A stretch of DNA of 64,000 nucleotides from an uncultured Nitrospiraceae bacterium (GTDB taxonomy: Bacteria > Nitrospirota > Nitrospiria > Nitrospirales > Nitrospiraceae): assembly GCA_963730935.1 (NCBI GenBank), contig CAVSTP010000002.1, positions 896,001-960,000 of the forward strand, read 5' to 3'. Below the pieces are notes generated by a model, which saw only the letters and a program-made list of their open reading frames with translations, did no database searches and was not told where the DNA came from. Both the position numbers and the translations under genes were made by a program. Shown here piece by piece: positions 64,000-64,000 of the stretch; the stretch's first letter is position 1, and every line of letters begins with the position of its first letter.

Positions 64000-64000
64000 G

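Overview
Bacterial chromosomal window; gene content is consistent with a Nitrospira-like organism (inference). 1-9 kb: accessory/stress islet (MFS, DUF4142, receiver-DUF2934 fusion, TerC, CsbD-like, FtsH). 13-48 kb: large Wzx/Wzy-type exopolysaccharide locus headed by a NusG-paralog (UpxY/RfaH-type) antiterminator, with Wzc, MurJ-like flippase, glycosyl-, methyl- and aminotransferases, AsnB-type amidotransferase, two short OPX proteins and an outer-membrane beta-barrel. It also contains secreted proteins (HAF-repeat protein, galactose-oxidase-like copper radical oxidase with a 52-proline linker, an antisense sigma54-preceded protein). Two minus-strand di-heme c-type oxidoreductase genes bracket the locus and share a conserved ~300-350 nt non-coding leader (-10 box, conserved hairpins, anti-SD tracts); this is the best candidate for an undescribed regulatory element. 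53-64 kb: type IV minor pilin operon (fimT-pilV-pilW-pilX-orf-pilY1) and a compact GspD secretin. Many genes at 16.5-24.6, 30-46 and 58.6-60.2 kb are broken by indels, most simply explained as sequencing error, so their coordinates are approximate. No tRNA, rRNA, CRISPR array or intact mobile element was recognised.
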